A DNA stretch of 63,954 bases, counting the filler, from Aduncisulcus paluster (lineage: Eukaryota): assembly GCA_024181965.1 (NCBI GenBank). It is 6 parts of 6 records of this genome, joined end to end, with 100 filler letters (N's around TTAATTAATTAA, not from the genome) between each part and the next. Parts side by side here need not be neighbours in the genome. Positions count along the whole stretch, not along the records: positions 22,453 to 37,000 come from BQXS01011654.1; positions 37,101 to 57,511 come from BQXS01011655.1; 4 more parts are not named here. One strand, 5' to 3'. Every line of letters begins with the position of its first letter. Position 1 is the first letter of the stretch. Below, one piece after another: positions 33,625 through 44,268 of this stretch. Below the pieces are notes generated by a model. It saw nothing but the letters and a program-made list of their open reading frames with translations. It did not search any database and was not told where the DNA came from. The position numbers were made by a program, and so were the translations under genes.

Positions 33625-36028
33625 ATGGCGAAAAAGGCTTCAAAAAGGGATAGTAAGACTAATAACGCTGTTGAAGTTCAAAATGGAAACGAGGGAAACG
33701 TCGTTTTTTCAAATGTGTGTAAAGACCCTTCAATCAAGCTATCTTCTCGGCAAGACAAAGCATTTAGCACTCTTCAAGCATATAAATCATCACGAGTTAC
33801 CCATGGATGTTACGAGGGAACCTGGTATTTTGAAGCTTATCCCTTTTATCCATCGAAAGAGGATTTACCATCGACAGGGGGTGGAATTAGTGGTATTCAA
33901 TCAGCTCTTGAAAGGGAACGTGGTTTTCAACCTCATTGGAGGATTGGATGGCAACGTAAAAATGGTGAATTAGACTCTGTATGCGGAATCAATGAATATG
34001 GCTATACCCTTCGTGATTCTGACCTTTCTTTCTATCATAATAGACGTAGATTACAACCAAACTATTTACCACCGGAATATGCCGCCCGAAGGAAAGATAA
34101 ACTGGTAAAATATGCTGAATGTTCAAGAAGTCGTATAGCCCTCTCCTCTGATGCCCAAAATGATTTATTTTCATTTCCATTGTGCTATAGAGTTGGTGAT
34201 GTTGTCGGTTGTCTCATTCATTTACCCCCAGATAGATCCCTTGAGCCTCCTGAAGAATTTGAAGTTGTAAAAGCCACTTCTGACGATGAAGAGAAGGAAA
34301 AACGTCAAGCAAGTGAACGAGCTAACCGTAAAAAACCCAAAAGAACGTCAAGAAAGAGTCATAAGAAGTCTGAGCAAGAGAAAAGTGATGAAGCCTATCA
34401 AAAGCTATTTAAACCTAAACATACTGATGGCAGCGTCCAACTTGAAGCTATTCAGGCCCGTGCAGAAGAGATAGTTGCAGAGGAAGAGCGTATCCAAGGA
34501 TTACCGCCTCTCCCAAGTGTCCTTTCTTCCCCTTCCTCACGTGACCCTGATCAAGACCATCCCATTTTACCTGGATCTTTCATCATCTTTTTTGTGAATG
34601 GGATTCCAGTCCATAGGGTCAATAATATTCCATTTGATCGCTATTATCCGTGTGTGTCACTTTACAATCACGCTGCCTGTGGTCTCTCATGTGGTGTGAG
34701 CACTCGTGACACTCTGTTTATTCCCAAACAGTTGCATGACATTACCATGCAATGGTCAAAAGTTGTCGGTGTCTTTAGAGATGTGAAAACGAGGAGAGAA
34801 GAGTTGATTATTGAGGATAAAAGGTTGAATCTTATTAAGAATAACATAAAGAAGAAGAAGAGAGACGATGAAGAGAAGAGAAGGAAAGAAGATAGGCAGA
34901 AAAGAAGAGAAGAAAGGTTTTATGAAGGAAGAGAGAGAGAGGAAGAGGAGAGAAGAAGAAAGAAGAAAGAAGAGGAAGAGGAAAAGAAGGAAAGTGAAGA
35001 GAAAGAAGAAGAAGAAGAGAAGAAAGAAAAAGAAGAGATAAAAGAAGAAGAAGAGAAGAAGGAAGAGGAAGACAAGGAAGATGACTTGGTTGGAGGCAAG
35101 AGACGTTTCAGAGAGGACACAAGAACTTCCTCTAAAGTCTTGATGATAAATGAAGAATTGATGACAAAAGAAGAGAAAGTGAATGAAGAAGAAGCTATGT
35201 CCCCTATCATGTCCTCTTCCTACTTTCCTTCCTCTTCTTCCTCTGCTTCCTCTTCTTCCTCTGCTTCATCTTCTTCTTCCTCTTCTTCCTCTGCTTCAAG
35301 TCCACGGACATCACCACATTCATCTTCTTCTTCTTCATCTCCTGTGTTCAGCATGGACAGGAAAGTAGAGCCTGGGTTTGAGGTGGTAACAGAAGAGAAC
35401 GATCAAGGCGATATTACAAGGCTGGATATTCAATTAACACCTCCCCTGTCAATGGTTTCGTTTAAAAATAAGTATTCAGAGTTCAAAGCTTACCCCAATG
35501 CTTGGATACAAGGGGTCTGGATGAAAGAAAACGATAGTCTGGCAGACAAACATATAACGCAAGAACTCGAAAGAAGAGAGAAAGAGAGAGAAGAAGAAGA
35601 AGAAGCTGAAGAAAAGGAAAAGGAGGAAGAGAAAGAAGAGGAGAAAGAGAGAGAGAAAGAACAAAGAGAGAAAGAAGAAGAAAAGGAAAGAAGAAGAAGA
35701 AAAGGAAAAAGAAGAAGAAGAAAAAGCCAGAAAGAAAGAGGAGGGAAAAGAAAAAAGAAGGAAAGAGCTATCTAAACTCATTCAAGACGATATTAAACCA
35801 CTTTTCTCCATTAAACCCATTTGTGAATTGTATACAAATCGATTTGCGTTTGATTTAAAAGATAATTTTACGATGATCACGGATGCAATCAATCAATTTG
35901 AAGATGAAATTCGCGAAAAAGAGGAAAAAAATGAAAAGTTACAAACCAAAATTGCTGCACATCTTGAATTTATTCGGGCGAATCCTCAGTATTTAACCCA
36001 AAATCTCTTTGAAGAGCTTGTTAAGTGA
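33625..36028 (+). CDS. ASH2L: ASH2/Bre2-like SPRY-domain COMPASS subunit with +1 frameshift near 35689
   Basis: YKSSRVTHGCYEGTWYFE, PHWRIGW, VCGINEYGYTLRD, YRVGDVVGCLIHLP, GSFIIFFVNG, YYPCVSLY. C-terminal KPICELYTNRFAFDLKD (resembles DPY30-binding segment) lies in the +1 frame ending TGA 36028. Confidence 0.8.
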
Positions 36029-36320
36029 ATAATATTGCTCCTTGAAAGGTGCATGTATTAAATTAATACTATTATTAATTATTTCATTTTACTTGCCATA
36101 GAAATATTAGATAATGCATGAGATTTAACACAGACACGATAAATCAATTATTAATAAGTAAATAGGAAGTGGTTAACACGATCAAACAAGAAGTGAAGAA
36201 GATAACTTCACCAATATAAATAAATCAAAATTAATGGCTATCAATTTAGCCAGATATTGATAGAAAATCCACAATAATAACAATAACATTAAACAAATAA
36301 GTAAAAATCATTAAAAAACT

Positions 36321-36998
36321 TTATAACATAACACCCGCAACTTGGGCAAAAGGAAAGAATTGTTGGGCTGTCTGCAAGGACTTTGTACTGTCATCAGCAA
36401 CAGATTCTATCGGTTGTCTCCTCACAACCGACCCAATTCCTAACATTCCAAACTCCTCATTCCAAGAATCCTCTGAGAAAGTTCCATTCGTATTCTCATC
36501 CCCAAATGAAATGGTTTCCTTACTCATTGTACCAGCATACACCCACATTTCAAGGTCCCCATCACATCTCACAACGAAATCCTCATAAACACGAATCAGG
36601 ACACCATCAGAGAAGCTTGTACAAGGAGGAACTCCATACATTGGTTCGAGGGATATGAGTTTCCCAGAGATGGTTGAGAGCATATCTGGGTACAACTGTT
36701 GCTCACTCGATGCCACCGTTTGAATCTTTCGATAACTCATTTTTGAAGTTTGAGAGGAACATATCTGTTCTGAGGATTCATATTCTTCATCGTATCTCTT
36801 GCACACAATATCATCATCCAAGGATTGAATCCTTGAGCAAAACATAAGACCATATTCCTCAGTGAGGATGAAGATTCCATCAGCAATAACCAGGGAGTCA
36901 AGTGACGTTACAGCGGGACACATTTGAATAACAGCTGATGTTTGCACGATTTGTGGTGAGTTGGATTCAGCAAGTGATGTGATACTTGAGTTAGCGAA
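36321..36998 (-). CDS. Hypothetical protein, 5'-partial at contig end
   Basis: Frame is open from the contig edge to TAA at 36321; no family recognised. Confidence 0.55.
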   Translation of the reverse strand, partial: FANSSITSLAESNSPQIVQTSAVIQMCPAVTSLDSLVIADGIFILTEEYGLMFCSRIQSLDDDIVCKRYDEEYESSEQICSSQTSKMSYRKIQTVASSEQQLYPDMLSTISGKLISLEPMYGVPPCTSFSDGVLIRVYEDFVVRCDGDLEMWVYAGTMSKETISFGDENTNGTFSEDSWNEEFGMLGIGSVVRRQPIESVADDSTKSLQTAQQFFPFAQVAGVML

Positions 36999-37000
36999 TG

Positions 37001-37100
37001 NNNNNNNNNNNNNNNNNNNNNNNNNNNNNNNNNNNNNNNNNNNNTTAATTAATTAANNNNNNNNNNNNNNNNNNNNNNNNNNNNNNNNNNNNNNNNNNNN
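37001..37100. other. Artificial contig linker
   Basis: N-run, TTAATTAATTAA, N-run. Confidence 0.98.
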
Positions 37101-37318
37101 TGGCCAAAAATAATAAATATTTTTTTGATGTACTAAATTAAGTACTATACTGTATAAATACTATAAGTTTTCAAGAAAATAGCCGCAGCCCATCCATGGT
37201 TTGCATTTTTTTGCCGTTTATAAGTATTGCCAAGAATTGCTTTTGCATATTTTTTTATACATTCCTTCTTTTAATCTATTTTCCTGCATCTTGATAACAT
37301 TTTTATTCAGTATTGGCG

Positions 37319-39857
37319 ATGAAAAAACCATTGAAGGTGTTGTTGGGAAAGGGGAATAATTCTCCTGTCGTTCGTCATATTCTTCTTAGTCGTCCATATA
37401 TTACATCTGTTCGATTTGATGAGACTCATTGGAACATTAATTGGCAACAGACGGCCGGATCGTTGGCTTTTGAAAAACTTGATAAACTTCACATTGCAAA
37501 CCATTTGCCTGCCTCAAAACAGGTCCACAGTAAGATTACACTCCATTCTAAGATAGCCATGCATCGGAAAAGAAGAGGGGTGAATCCATACTCTTTCCTA
37601 CCTTCTACTTTTGGAATTTGGTCTCAAAAAGATGGAGAATTCTATGAATTTGAGAAATTATTTGATATTATTGCTCAAGAATGTGAAATTAAAGAGGGAA
37701 CTCCTCCTTTTTCGTATCCTCTCCTTCCATTCGATCCAACCTCTCAAATTGATTGGTCAATATCTCCAGATGATTATAAACTACTCTATTCACAAAAATT
37801 CATGCATTCTTTGTGTTCTCGATTTGTTAAATATTGGAATACTCCTCTATCTCCCGAACAACTTGATAATGCGAGAGCGCAAAGTGCCAGCGCGAATAAT
37901 GTTGGAAAAAATCTGTGGATTGTAAAGCCAATGTCTCTAAATAGGGGCCAAGGGATTTCTGTGATTGATTCAATTGATCAAGCTGCCAAGATTGTTGGGC
38001 ATCGCATGACGTCTGGGTTTGTTGTTCAGAAATATATGGAAGATCCACTGTTATACGATGGAAGGAAGTTTGATATCCGTATTCATGTGCTCGTTACATG
38101 GGACAAGAGGATATACGTCTATCGTGAAGGATATCTTCGTCTCACTAGCACTATGTTCACTCTTGATACAAAGGAGAAGGCCGTGCATCTGTGCAATAAT
38201 GCCGTTCAAAAGAAATTGGATGGATATGGAGACTTTGTGAGTGGGAATATAGTGAGTTTTGGAGAATTTGATGACTATTTGAAAAAGTATGTCAAAACAA
38301 ACAATCCATATGGTTCCGATAGTACCCCAAAAGTGGCAGAAACAACATCTAAAATGCCAAGAAAAGAAAAGAAAGAGGATGAGAAAGAGGATGAGAAACA
38401 AACCGATGGAGAAGAACTGAAAAAAGAGAAAGAAGAAGAGGAAGAGAGAAGAAGAAGAAGAAGAAAAAGAAGAAGAAGAGGAAAAAGAAGAGGAAGAAAG
38501 AGTGAAGTCCTCTGTAACAACTCCTGGTGATATTAAACACTCAACCTCACCCTTATCTGCTCTTCCTCCGTATATTCTATTCCCCCTGCTTCATTCCACA
38601 ACTCCTCTGCATACTCATATTATACCTCAAATCCACCAAATTGTCAGGGAATGTTTCCAATCTTACGGTGACACTATATATGGCAATTTCCATGGAAAAT
38701 ATGGAGAAGGCTCATTTGAATTATTTGGGTTTGACTTTATGATCAATACGAAACTCGAGTGTACATTAATCGAAGTCAATGTAAATCCTTGTCTTGAACA
38801 TTCAAACACTTTATTATCACATCTTATTCCAGAAATGCTGGATGATGCTGCAAACAAAACAATTGATGTTGTCCACAAAGAGCTTCTTGAATCATATTTG
38901 AAACCAAAGAAGCAAAAGGAATCCAAGGACTCAAAGAAAGAACCAAAACGTTCAGCGCCATCAACTTCTACAATTTCTTCCTCTTCCTCTTCCTCTTCCT
39001 CTTCCTCTTCCTCTTCCTCTTCCTCTATTTCGTCAACACATGAGTGTGCACCCCATGATAAATCCGACCAAGTTCCAGACTTCCCTCCAATCTCCTTGGC
39101 TCTCCCTCACCTTCCTATTATGCACAGTGGACGTGCTTGGGGATGGTGGACACCGAAAGGAAAGGCGTTGTTAAAGGCAAAGAAGGAAAGGGAGGAACTT
39201 GGTGAAGCTTCTTCCTCACCCCTTTCATCAGAAAGAGAAGTGGAAGAAAGAGAAGAGAAACCTTACAAATATCCAAGAATTAATTGTTTTATTCCCGTTT
39301 TATTATCTGGAAAGTATGCAAATTTCAGCTCTTCATTTTCACCACCATCAAAAAGCTCTGCTTCGAAATCTATCCCAGCTAAAGAATACTCAAAACCTAA
39401 AAATAGATCGACAAGTAATCCAAAATGTGATCGTGCTGAAAAGACCAAGCCACTTTCTTCAACGAGACCGGTGGTTAAGCGTGGCGAGCGGAGTTATTCT
39501 TCTGCGGGAAATCGAAATGGAAAAGAAGCCACCAGAAGTAAGAGTTGTCAAAGAAGTGCTCGCAAAAACCCCTCAAAGGTGGAGAAACCTGTTCGATCCT
39601 CTTCAAAACTCAAAATGAGAAATAATTCAAGTCAAATTGTCGACGCCGGTACCAGTTCTTCAGAGAAAAGAACCTCTGATGCCCCATTAATGACAGCAAT
39701 TCAAACCCAGAAACCAGGGACTTATGTGCAACTTACTAGCATGCCTAAGGTTTCTTCCTCCAGAGAATTTCGTTTTTCAACGCCAAGATCTAATCAAAAG
39801 AAAGCGCAATCGTGTGATACTCTCTCTGTTGTTGGAGTATCAGTATCAAAGAAATAG
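37319..39857 (+). CDS. Tubulin-tyrosine-ligase-like (TTLL) enzyme with +1 frameshift near 38447
   Basis: WIVKPMSLNRGQGI, VVQKYMEDPLLYDGRKFDIR, EGYLR and HLCNNAVQK in ORF 37313..38530; FELFGFDFMI and LIEVNVNP in ORF 38502..39857. Subfamily not assigned. Confidence 0.88.
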
Positions 39858-40152
39858 ATGTATTTATGTGACCATATTGATGATCAATTGTACCTTGAAA
39901 TTCATTTTCCTCGTTTTTTCTGTGACATACACTGTTGTAGCAACAATGTGGAACACTTATTAAAATGTTAATAAATCGGATCAATAATTAAAAAACACAT
40001 TTTTGAAAAATGAACAATTTGTTAAGAAATTAACATTTTTTTTTTTTAGATCTCCGAAGTTCGTTTTTTTCGTTTTTTCGTTTTTCTCCTTCTTGTAAGT
40101 GAAGGTGGTATTTTATATTTCTTGTTTTACAATATTTTATTGTATATTTTAA

Positions 40153-42486
40153 ATGGAATCTCAGGAAACGGTTGAATCTCTTGATGTATCGTCTTTAGCC
40201 AAGATCACATCTGAGTGGGAATATTATGGGAGTAGTTGTCCATTCATTGTAGTTCCTGAAGTTAAAACATCAAATTTTGATCTTTGTGGTATTAATCCTA
40301 CACGTAGTCATAACAGTATTGCTTCTTTTCTCGAAGGAAGTCATTCACTCCAGTTCCACTCCATTCATTTATCATTCCGTCCATGCACGATTAAAAACAT
40401 CAATATTGTTTGCTGTCATCCATTTCCATCGCCTAAAACAGTTATTTTTAAGTTCACATCAAGTGATTTGAAGCAAATCACTGTTAAGTGTGAATTTCCA
40501 AAGCAGAATCAATTTCAATATTCTTTTCCTTGTTATGTCAGCAATATGATATCATGTGATATTGAATGTGTTGAAAGTTGGATCGAGAAAAACCATTACA
40601 ACAAATTTTGTGAGTTTTCATCCATTCAATTCCTTCAAGTTCAGGGGGGGGGTAGTCACGACAGTTTGACACTTTCTCGCTCGCAATTCGTTCAATTTAA
40701 TAGACCAGATGAACATTTGGAGACCAAACTCCATTATATTAAAGAAGCTAAAGAAATGGAAATTAACTATGCTGAAATTCCCCTTACTCACCCCATGTTT
40801 GCCTCTATTGACTTTTCCGGAATTTGTAGCCATTATATCGGTCCAAGTTCACTGATTTGTTTTTATTTATGTCTTGAACATGGCGATCATTTTGGATTTT
40901 ATGATGTTTCCATTCCTTTATCTTTCCCTCAAGATATTTCTTTTCTTGTGATATCTTCCACTCTAGCTTCTCTCAAATCAAAATTCCTTCCTCAAACATC
41001 AAATCCTCCCCAAGATCTTGATATCATAATCCATCTCGAATCCGGAGAGACAATTCTTCGGTGCTTCCATTTGGAGATTCCCAAAAAGAATCATTTCTGC
41101 TTCAAATTGCCCATTCATTTTCCAAACGTTGTTAAGATTGTTTTGCAATGTCGATCCTCGTGGATGGGAATGAAATGGTGTTCGATTTCCTCTCTGAAAG
41201 TTATGTTGAGCGAAGATGCTGCCAGAATGGCAAAAGAATCGCTTGTGAAATACCATGAAAAGAGGGTCAAATGTGCTGATATTGGAACTCTTATCTCCCG
41301 CCGTGTGATTGATAAGCTGTTTCCCCCTTTTCCATACGTTTCGCCTCGATTGTGTAAGATTGACATGTCAAATGTTCAAGGTGTTTATTCGTGTGGTTAT
41401 GAGGAGTGTGGGATTGATGATCTGCGAGCTTGTTTACAGGGGAATCATGACCATGTATTTTCTTTCTATTCAATGACAATCCCATTTCACTTCCCTCAAG
41501 ATATCGCATCTCTCTATGTGTGTGTTGTCATTGGTTATGTTGCTTACGGTGATGAGGATTATGGAAGCCACCCTCGTTACTTCGATGTATTGTTTCACAC
41601 AAGTGATGGGAAGACAGTTAAGAAGGAATATACGATAGAAGACGACCAAGATGATGTTGAAGTTGGATCATGGTATATCTTTCCGGTTGGCGTGAAAAAT
41701 GTCATTCGTTGTGAGATCGTGAGTAAGGAATCGTGGGAATCAACGGTTTATTCAGTGTTTAAAAGTATTCAGCTGGAGCTTGAAGAGGAGTTTGCCAAAC
41801 CATTTATTGAAAAATACGAAGAAAATCAATCTCAACGCCTTAGAAATGCTCAGGCAACGAAATACCTTGGAATTGGCTCTTCCTGTCCAATTCCCAGTGC
41901 AACTATTTCCCTTGCGGAAATTGACATATCAAAAATCACTATGGCTTCATCCAGATACGATAATTCCACTCCACCCACACCTTCGAAAATGCGCATATTA
42001 ACCCAAATGTTTTCTTTCAGTCCAAATTATCATGTACCTTCATTGTTCTCGTTTTCAATTCCTCTTTCTCATCCCCAACATCTTGAATCTGTCTTTTTCG
42101 CAACACATAAACATTCAATATTTTGCCAATCTTCGTTTCCATTTGGTTGTGCCAAATATGTTCGGTTTAGATTTCACGTTATGGGAGGTATTTTCGTCGA
42201 AAAGGAATATTATTTCGATCTTGATATGTCAAAATTCGATCGCGGGAAGGGAGTTTGGTTCTCTGCAAGAATAGGAATCAAAGATGTGGTGAGATGTGAG
42301 TTAGTTAACTGTGAATCATGGTCTGGTACAGAATGGTGTTCGTTTAACAATATTTTGTTTGTCTCGAATCCTTCAATCGACTTTGAAGATCCTCAGATAA
42401 TTCAAGCAAGGGAAATTCAGAGGTTATCTCAACAATCATCGGAGATATGGGATGGAACATTAAAAAAGGAAGAAGAAGAGAAATGA
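40153..42486 (+). CDS. Protein of four tandem ~190-aa beta-rich domains related to the N-terminal domains of the kinases at 57612 and 62134
   Basis: Repeated pattern F..(I/V)SIP(F/L)..P ... P....F...G...K.Y ... (W)..F.V.V.NV..CEI...ESW ... F.SI.F. No kinase, signal peptide or TM helix. Confidence 0.8.
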   Translation: MESQETVESLDVSSLAKITSEWEYYGSSCPFIVVPEVKTSNFDLCGINPTRSHNSIASFLEGSHSLQFHSIHLSFRPCTIKNINIVCCHPFPSPKTVIFKFTSSDLKQITVKCEFPKQNQFQYSFPCYVSNMISCDIECVESWIEKNHYNKFCEFSSIQFLQVQGGGSHDSLTLSRSQFVQFNRPDEHLETKLHYIKEAKEMEINYAEIPLTHPMFASIDFSGICSHYIGPSSLICFYLCLEHGDHFGFYDVSIPLSFPQDISFLVISSTLASLKSKFLPQTSNPPQDLDIIIHLESGETILRCFHLEIPKKNHFCFKLPIHFPNVVKIVLQCRSSWMGMKWCSISSLKVMLSEDAARMAKESLVKYHEKRVKCADIGTLISRRVIDKLFPPFPYVSPRLCKIDMSNVQGVYSCGYEECGIDDLRACLQGNHDHVFSFYSMTIPFHFPQDIASLYVCVVIGYVAYGDEDYGSHPRYFDVLFHTSDGKTVKKEYTIEDDQDDVEVGSWYIFPVGVKNVIRCEIVSKESWESTVYSVFKSIQLELEEEFAKPFIEKYEENQSQRLRNAQATKYLGIGSSCPIPSATISLAEIDISKITMASSRYDNSTPPTPSKMRILTQMFSFSPNYHVPSLFSFSIPLSHPQHLESVFFATHKHSIFCQSSFPFGCAKYVRFRFHVMGGIFVEKEYYFDLDMSKFDRGKGVWFSARIGIKDVVRCELVNCESWSGTEWCSFNNILFVSNPSIDFEDPQIIQAREIQRLSQQSSEIWDGTLKKEEEEK

Positions 42487-42693
42487 CCAAAATGTCACAT
42501 TTTATGTGGCCCATGATAGTCCATCAGCCATTTCTTCCATTAATCATTGATTCAATGCAATGATGCCTCTCTGTTATACCCTATTAAGAGTGACAAGCTA
42601 ATTTATCAAAATAAAGGAATCTCGGCCGGTATTATACCGGTAATCACCTTCGGTAGTCTATCAATCTCATCAACTCAGTGACTCATGATGATT

Positions 42694-43599
42694 TTATTGA
42701 AATTTAGGGAGGAAAACGGATTGATACCACAAACTAAATAAATATTCGTCTAAATTCCACCCGTCAATCACAGGAAAAGTGACGAATTCCTCTATGAATC
42801 TAATCGTACTCCCTGTTGGTAAAGGCTTTTTTAACCGGATGTTATGGCCAAGTTTTTGGAATTCTGAGTACTTTGACAATAATTTTAAACATTTTTCTGG
42901 GTTCAAAGGAGCCAAACCCAGTTGAACACCTTGCGTACGGCCGGAGCGAGGTGTAACATACTTTACGAGACTGATTAGGCCTTTCTCAACGCCATAAATA
43001 ATATTTCTCTCGTTAATACCCTGCTCATGGGCAATTTTAATGTCTTTTTTGGAGAGTTTCTTTGAATCTGGATTGGAGATGAGACGCAAATCATTCTCAT
43101 CAGGAGAAAAGATGATAATTCTATTTAAAAGTCGGTAAACAACTTCTTCTCCCATTCGTACAGGGATCATTGTTGGCTCTTTTGAATCAAAATATCTCTG
43201 AATCCAAGAAGTTAATAAGAAATCATCTCGATCCCATTCTTTATCTTCAGGAAACTTGTAATTTTCTTCTGTCAGTGGAAAATCGCCATCTGGTGTATGT
43301 GAATATGGCTTTGGTAATATCTTTTTGGAAGTAAAGTCAACATATTTGGAATACAAAGCCAATCCATCTTTCTGGTTGATTAGGATATAATTGAAACCAT
43401 CTGGTCCCGTTTGAATGGATAAAATATTTTTTTTAATTCCATAAGGAATTATTTTTGAATTTGCCATGTGAGATAATGCAGGATCATCAGGATTTTCCGG
43501 AGGAAAAGGAACATCAATAATACGAAGATCACAAGGATCAACTTGGAGCTTTAATTCGGTAAAACCTTTGATAATTGTTGCAAATTCCGTCTTTAACAT
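42694..43599 (-). CDS. Hypothetical protein
   Basis: 301-aa ATG-initiated ORF with globular composition; no family recognised. Confidence 0.65.
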   Translation of the reverse strand: MLKTEFATIIKGFTELKLQVDPCDLRIIDVPFPPENPDDPALSHMANSKIIPYGIKKNILSIQTGPDGFNYILINQKDGLALYSKYVDFTSKKILPKPYSHTPDGDFPLTEENYKFPEDKEWDRDDFLLTSWIQRYFDSKEPTMIPVRMGEEVVYRLLNRIIIFSPDENDLRLISNPDSKKLSKKDIKIAHEQGINERNIIYGVEKGLISLVKYVTPRSGRTQGVQLGLAPLNPEKCLKLLSKYSEFQKLGHNIRLKKPLPTGSTIRFIEEFVTFPVIDGWNLDEYLFSLWYQSVFLPKFQ

Positions 43600-44268
43600 T
43601 TTAACTCAGAGTCAAAAACGCCTCAAACGAATGATTGACTAAAAATATTATCCAGAAATTTTTTGATCCATCAGGAAGTTCTAATCCAGCAATATCAGAT
43701 AAACGAGACATATAAATCTAACCAATTACTATCCTCAGAGGAGTGATTTCTAAAATATTCAATATTTGGCCAGGTTGGCCAAAACTTTTATGAAACTTGC
43801 ATTAAGAAAAATCTTCCTTGATACATGATCATAAATATATTTGTACTGGCAGAATGTAATCTGTTCTCATTTATATTTCACTAGATTGTTGGTGCAAATA
43901 ACGAATTACAGCGATTTTTGATAAAAACAACATTCTTACCATCTGAGTCCAATTTTATGGAAGTATGGGCATTTTCGAATAATATATTTCATAAATATGA
44001 CCAATAATACATTTAAATTATCTTTGAGGAATAACGTTTGTAAAACTCCGAGTTTTAGTTGAGACTAACCGCAATTTGGACAACATTCCAAAATTATATA
44101 CGTCGGAATTCTATATTGTATGTCATAAATATCCATTAATGCCGGGATCTATTTTCAATTTAATTTAATTCGACCATAACACTAAATTTCATCATTGTCT
44201 CGTTAAAATACACCATTATCGAATATAATACACGCCAAGAACATATAAATACCGATCAATATTTACAT

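Noticed and set aside
34920..35781. Antisense and alternate-frame Phe/Ser/Leu-rich ORFs here and over other GAA/TCT tracts
   Set aside because: Shadow ORFs produced by stop-free low-complexity sequence.
25636..36028. Functional clustering of SGF29-like (H3K4me reader) and ASH2-like (H3K4 methyltransferase complex) genes
   Set aside because: Two genes 4.7 kb apart in a gene-dense genome; chance is sufficient without synteny data.
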